From IMG/VR virus record IMGVR_UViG_3300008110_000276, positions 1-30,012 of that record: a stretch of DNA of 30,012 nucleotides. One strand, written 5' to 3'. Positions 26,801-30,012 of this stretch are shown one piece after another (position 1 is the stretch's first letter; every line of letters begins with the position of its first letter). A program made the position numbers and the translations under genes. The DNA is from a virus (lineage: Duplodnaviria > Caudoviricetes). Under the pieces are notes generated by a model, which had not been told where the DNA came from, made no database searches, and worked only from the letters and a program-made list of their open reading frames with translations.

Positions 26801-29800
26801 CAGAAGTTCCGCTTGTACCAGAAGTACCACTTATACCATCACTTCCAGAAGTACCAGAAGTTCCTGATGTTCCCGATGTTCCACCAGTTCCAGACGTTCC
26901 TGATGAACCAGATGTACCACCACTACCGCTACTACCAGAACTACCCCCAGTACCAGCAGTTGCTGATGAACCAGAAGTACCAGAAGTTCCTGATGTACCT
27001 CCACTACCTGCCGTACCAGTTGTACCACTTGTTCCTGATGTACCAGATGACCCTCCACTACCGCTTGAACCCCCACTACCACTAGTACCAGAAGTTCCAG
27101 AAGTACCCCCACTACCACTAGTACCAGAAGTTCCAGAAGTTCCAGAAGAACCAGAAGTTCCAGAAGAACCAGAAGAACCAGAAGTTCCAGAAGTTCCCGA
27201 TGAACCACCACTACCGCTTGAACCACTTGTACCAGAAGTTCCCGATGTACCAGAAGAACCAGACGTTCCAGAAGTACCCGATGTACCAGAAGTTCCAGAC
27301 GTTCCGCTACTTCCACTACTTCCGCTTGAACCAGAAGTACCGTCAGAACCAGTTGTACCACTTGTACCGCTACTTCCACTACTTCCGCTTGTCCCACTAC
27401 TTCCACTTGTCCCACTACTTCCACTACTTCCGCTTGAACCAGTAGTTCCTGATGAACCAGATGAGCCAGATGAACCACTACTTCCGCTTGAACCAGATGA
27501 ACCCGATGTTCCTCCGCTACCGCTTGAACCAGATGAACCACTACTTCCGCTTGAACCAGATGAACCACTACTTCCGCTTGAACCACTTGAACCAGAAGAA
27601 CCATCACTACCAGAAGTTCCTGAAGAACCACTACTTCCGCTTGAACCCGCACTTCCACTTGTACCAGAAGTTCCCGATGAACCGCTTGACCCACTTGAAC
27701 CAGATGAACCACCAGTACCAGTAGTTCCAGATGAACCAACCGCTGCTACTATATTTCTTCTTTCTAATCTTTTTGTTACACTATTCCAAATTACTACATC
27801 TTCCGATGAACCAGATGGTATGTTTTGTAATATCAAACTACCACTTACACCTAAACTTCCACTTATAGTTAAATTTGCGTTAATTGTAGAATCTTTATTT
27901 ACCTGCAAGAACGATGCCGTATTTACCCCTTCCGCATTTAAAGCGTAAAGAGCGTATGATGCGGTGAATGCTAATGAAGCAGTTCCAACCAACATTGATG
28001 CTGTTTGTGAATTCTGAACAAAGTTTGATGTATCTACATTTGATGCATTTTGTGCAAATAATGCGTAAGATGCAGTTGATGCAAATGATGCTGATAAAAC
28101 ACTCATTGAAGATGTTCTATCGTTTCTTACATATTCAGTTAGATTTAATCCAGTTAAGTTTTCAACATAAGATGCGGTTAATGCGTATGAAGAACTTACG
28201 GCACTAAACACAGCCATTGATGATGTTTGATTATTTCTTACATATTGAGCCGTATCACTTAGTGATGCCGATAAAGATGCTAATGATGCGGAATCAAATC
28301 CTGCTACAGTTTTTGCAAACTCTGCAGTTACAGCGTATGATGCAGATAATACTGCTCCAAATACTCTATCACCGGGTAATGTACCATTTATCAGAGAACC
28401 ACCACTACCAATTACAACATGTCCAGATGTTAATCCAGCAAATTTAATTTGTATTGTATCTTCATCAATTGAAATAATTTGACCAGGCAATACTTGGTCT
28501 TCAGAACCAGTTGCGTAAACCTGTACCATTGGGTATCTTATACCTAAATTGTGTACAATAGTTAAATCACTTACACTATTAAATGATACAGTTTCCGTTA
28601 ATGATGTTTCAGGTTGAGGTACAAAATATCCTCTAGATTCATCAAATCTTAAAATATCATATTCCGCAGATGCAGTAGGTCCTACTCCTTGGAAATTATA
28701 AGTACCTAAGAACGAACCAGTAACTAATGGAGCAAATACTTTATTAGCGGCTATTAAATCATGCCCAGCATAAACATCGCCCCAAATACTTGCTGATGTA
28801 TTTACTACAAATCCGTTATTAGGTGAAATAGATGCTGTGAATGACCCACTCTTTAATATAGAAGTTTCAAATGCTAAGTTAGCAATATTGATATTAGTTA
28901 TTCCACTACCATCACCAACGAATGATGAACCACTTGCTATTATTACGTTACCACCAGTTACAAACAAACCACCACTAACACTTAAGTTACCAGATACGAA
29001 TGTTCTAGCTCCAATTTCTAAACCTCTATTTGGAGAAATTACAGCTTCAAATGAACCAGACTGAATTCTATCAATTTTAAGGTCATCTAACGCTTCGGGT
29101 GGGATGTTAAATAATCCACTACCATCACCATCATAACGTGCTGCTGTGATTGGTACGTTTACATCTAATTTAGTTGGGTCAATAATTGCTATACCAGAAC
29201 CAGAGTTAATTTTTGCTAACTCTAAGTTTTCAATCGCATCAGGTGGGATATTAAATAAACCACCACCATCACCTATGAATAATGATGCCGTTACCGAACC
29301 ACTAATTGCTACCGATGATGTGAATTGAGATTTAAATGAACCAGACGATGGTGCAGTTATTACTCTAAAGGTATCACCACTTGCTACCGATGCAGTTGCT
29401 GAACCACTTGCTATTAAAGGTGCTGCGGATGCTTGTACATTTGTAATAAATCTACCATCACCAAATATAAATCCTCTTGCTGTTAAATCATCAGCTTTTA
29501 ATGAACCACTAACTTCAATCGAACCAGTAAATTCAGAACCGATTTGAGAACCAGTTGCTGCAGTTATTACTCTAAATTCTTCTCCATTTGCTACCGATGC
29601 CGTTGCAGAACCACTAGCGATAAATGGTGCTGCCGTTGCTACAACGTTCGTAATGAATCTACCATCACCAAAGAAAAATCCAGTAGAAGTAACATCAAAT
29701 GCTGATATAGACCCACTAATACTAACCGAACCAGTAAATTCAGAACCAATTTCTGAACCAGTCTTTGCAGTAGTTACTATGAAAGATTCTCCACTTGCTA

Positions 29801-30011
29801 CCGAAGCAGTTGCCGAACCACTAGCAATCAACGGAGCTGCTGCGGCTTGTACGTTAGTAATAAATCTACCATCTCCAAATAAAAATTCAGTTGCTCTTAT
29901 ACTTCCACTAACTTCAATAGAACCAGTGAATTGAGAACCAACTTGCGATTGTGTGAATGGAGTTATTACTCTAAATCCTTCATCAGGTGTTACAGATGCA
30001 GTTACTGAACC
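23859..30011 (-). CDS. giant fibre-like structural protein with ~1100-aa Gly-X-Y tract; 5'-truncated (>2050 aa)
   Basis: The frame stays open from the listed TTG at 29831 to the window edge (GSVTASVTPDEGFRVIT...GDGRFITNVQAAAAPL), continuing the same ~70-aa repeat. The C-terminal TFSNPP...ITWPASVDW...DVLSFFT..GGTTYYG is a fibre-end domain. Confidence 0.85.
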   Translation of the reverse strand, partial: GSVTASVTPDEGFRVITPFTQSQVGSQFTGSIEVSGSIRATEFLFGDGRFITNVQAAAAPLIASGSATASVASGESFIVTTAKTGSEIGSEFTGSVSISGSISAFDVTSTGFFFGDGRFITNVVATAAPFIASGSATASVANGEEFRVITAATGSQIGSEFTGSIEVSGSLKADDLTARGFIFGDGRFITNVQASAAPLIASGSATASVASGDTFRVITAPSSGSFKSQFTSSVAISGSVTASLFIGDGGGLFNIPPDAIENLELAKINSGSGIAIIDPTKLDVNVPITAARYDGDGSGLFNIPPEALDDLKIDRIQSGSFEAVISPNRGLEIGARTFVSGNLSVSGGLFVTGGNVIIASGSSFVGDGSGITNINIANLAFETSILKSGSFTASISPNNGFVVNTSASIWGDVYAGHDLIAANKVFAPLVTGSFLGTYNFQGVGPTASAEYDILRFDESRGYFVPQPETSLTETVSFNSVSDLTIVHNLGIRYPMVQVYATGSEDQVLPGQIISIDEDTIQIKFAGLTSGHVVIGSGGSLINGTLPGDRVFGAVLSASYAVTAEFAKTVAGFDSASLASLSASLSDTAQYVRNNQTSSMAVFSAVSSSYALTASYVENLTGLNLTEYVRNDRTSSMSVLSASFASTASYALFAQNASNVDTSNFVQNSQTASMLVGTASLAFTASYALYALNAEGVNTASFLQVNKDSTINANLTISGSLGVSGSLILQNIPSGSSEDVVIWNSVTKRLERRNIVAAVGSSGTTGTGGSSGSSGSSGSSGTSGTSGSAGSSGSSGSSGTSGSDGSSGSSGSSGSSGSSGSSGSSGSSGSSGSGGTSGSSGSSGSSGSSGSSGSSGTTGSSGSSGSSGTSGSSGTSGSSGSSGTSGTTGSDGTSGSSGSSGSSGTSGTSGTSGTSGTSGSSGTSGTSGTSGSSGSGGSSGTSGTSGSSGSSGTSGSSGTSGTSGTSGSGGTSGTSGTSGSGGSSGSGGSSGTSGTSGTTGTAGSGGTSGTSGTSGSSATAGTGGSSGSSGSGGTSGSSGTSGTGGTSGTSGTSGTSGSDGISGTSGTSGTSGTSGTSGTSGSTGSSGTSGTSGSSGSSGTSGTSGEDGSSGTSGSSGSSGSSGTTGSSGTSGSGGTSGTSGSSGSSGSSGTSGSSGTTGSSGTSGSSGSSGTSGTDGTSGSSGSSGTSGTSGSTGSSGSSGSSGSSGTSGTDGTSGSAGSSGTSGSSGTTGSSGTTGSDGTSGTSGSGGSSGTSGSDGTSGSSGTSGSTGTDGTSGSTGSSGSSGTSGTSGSDGTSGTTGSAGTSGSTGTDGTSGTTGSSGTSGIDGTSGTSGSDGTSGSSGSSGTSGTQGTSGSDGTSGSSGTSGLDGTYFGSSGSSGTSGTSGTSGTSGSSGSSGTSGLDGTYFGSSGTSGSSGTTGSAGTTGTSGTSGTNGSAGTSGTSGTSGLDGTYFGSSGTSGSSGTTGTAGTSGTSGSSGTTGTSGTSGLDGTYFGSSGTSGSDGTAGTSGSSGSTGTDGTSGTSGTSGLDGTFFGSSGSSGSSGTSGAGTSGSSGTSGSSGTSGLDGTYFGSSGSSGSSGTSGAGTSGSSGSTGTAGTTGSSGTSGLDGTFFGSNGSSGSSGTTGTSGTSGSSGSSGTSGTSGLDGTFFGSSGTSGSSGTSGISGSDGTSGTSGTSGSSGTSGFDGTYFGSSGTSGTSGTSGSSGSTGTDGTSGTSGVSGTSGFDGTYFGSSGTSGTSGSDGTSGTTGTSGSTGTNGTSGTSGFDGTFFGSSGTSGTSGAQGSTGAAGTSGTSGTTPPNFTSGTSGSGGTSGITGTSGTSGTTPPNFTSGTAGTSGETGTSGTSGTTPPNFTSGTAGSAGTSGQTGTSGTSGTTPPNFTSGTSGTNGFGLTGTTNDGLLTYSNAPVGANVETNLTFDGTTLTISGNTTQTGDINLTGNLSVTGLSTSTVFRETYSDLGTGTDATLNLLTANNFRRQFSGTSTITFSNPPASNAFGFTFTMVNAGGYAITWPASVDWVNGSAPILTSIGTDVLSFFTFNGGTTYYGFVVGKNMS
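24355..27737 (-). repeat. Gly-X-Y Ser/Thr coding repeat, ~1125 aa, with 11 (L/F)DGT(Y/F)FG and 4 TTPPNFT insertions
   Basis: Read directly from the translation; boundaries approximate. Confidence 0.92.
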
Positions 30012-30012
30012 T
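29330..30012 (-). repeat. ~70-aa tandem protein repeat (IASGSATASV...FTGS..VSGS...GDGRFITNV.A.AAP)
   Basis: At least 3 full copies plus degenerate copies downstream; continues past the window edge. Confidence 0.85.

Noticed and set aside
24355-27737. Classical InaZ-type ice nucleation protein
   Set aside because: The AGYGSTxT octapeptide/16-residue periodicity is absent; the period here is 3.
18938-27948. Long + strand ORFs rich in PEVP/PLVP and alternate-frame ORFs rich in VLLVQ or YQKFQ
   Set aside because: They are antisense or off-frame shadows of the Gly-Ser-Thr repeats, which lack stops in those frames. They begin and end with the repeat tracts.
29829-29831. Listed start of the 1990-aa ORF
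   Set aside because: It is an internal TTG (Leu) within a repeat unit. The frame is open to the window edge, so the true start lies outside the window.
13708-30012. Diversity-generating retroelement or invertase shufflon acting on fibres
   Set aside because: I saw no reverse transcriptase, recombinase, adenine-specific TR/VR pair or inverted cassettes in the window. Such elements elsewhere in the genome cannot be excluded.
146-30012. Stop-codon reassignment (alternative genetic code)
   Set aside because: Genes are full-length and tightly packed under code 11. The near-exclusive TAA use is compatible with AT bias, and no gene is interrupted by in-frame TAG or TGA.

Overview
The window is a tail-morphogenesis region of a large, AT-rich contractile-tailed (myovirus-type) phage, and every supportable gene is on the - strand. 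In transcription order (right to left) it contains: a 5'-truncated giant fibre protein with ~1100 aa of proline-poor Gly-X-Y (Ser/Thr) repeats; a PKD+LRR putative adhesin; a fibre-assembly chaperone; two small virion-type proteins; a 2700-aa modular fibre with two Gly-X-Y tracts and a C-terminal S74-type autocleaving chaperone; two small proteins; tail sheath; tail tube; a T4 gp26-like chaperone with a candidate +1 frameshift extension; a small ORF; tape measure; tube-initiator-like, LysM/gp53-like and hub-like baseplate proteins; a hypothetical protein; and, at the left edge, the 5' part of a tmRNA gene that the ORF track does not show. The tmRNA has a Bacteroidota-type promoter (TTTG-N20-TAnnTTTG) and an atypical tag (DVELS...), which points to a Bacteroidota host. 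A RTATTTATW motif occupies every intergenic gap of 33 nt or more, three times directly after an intrinsic terminator. No capsid, integrase, reverse transcriptase or CRISPR array is visible. Product calls come from motif recognition and gene order, not database searches.
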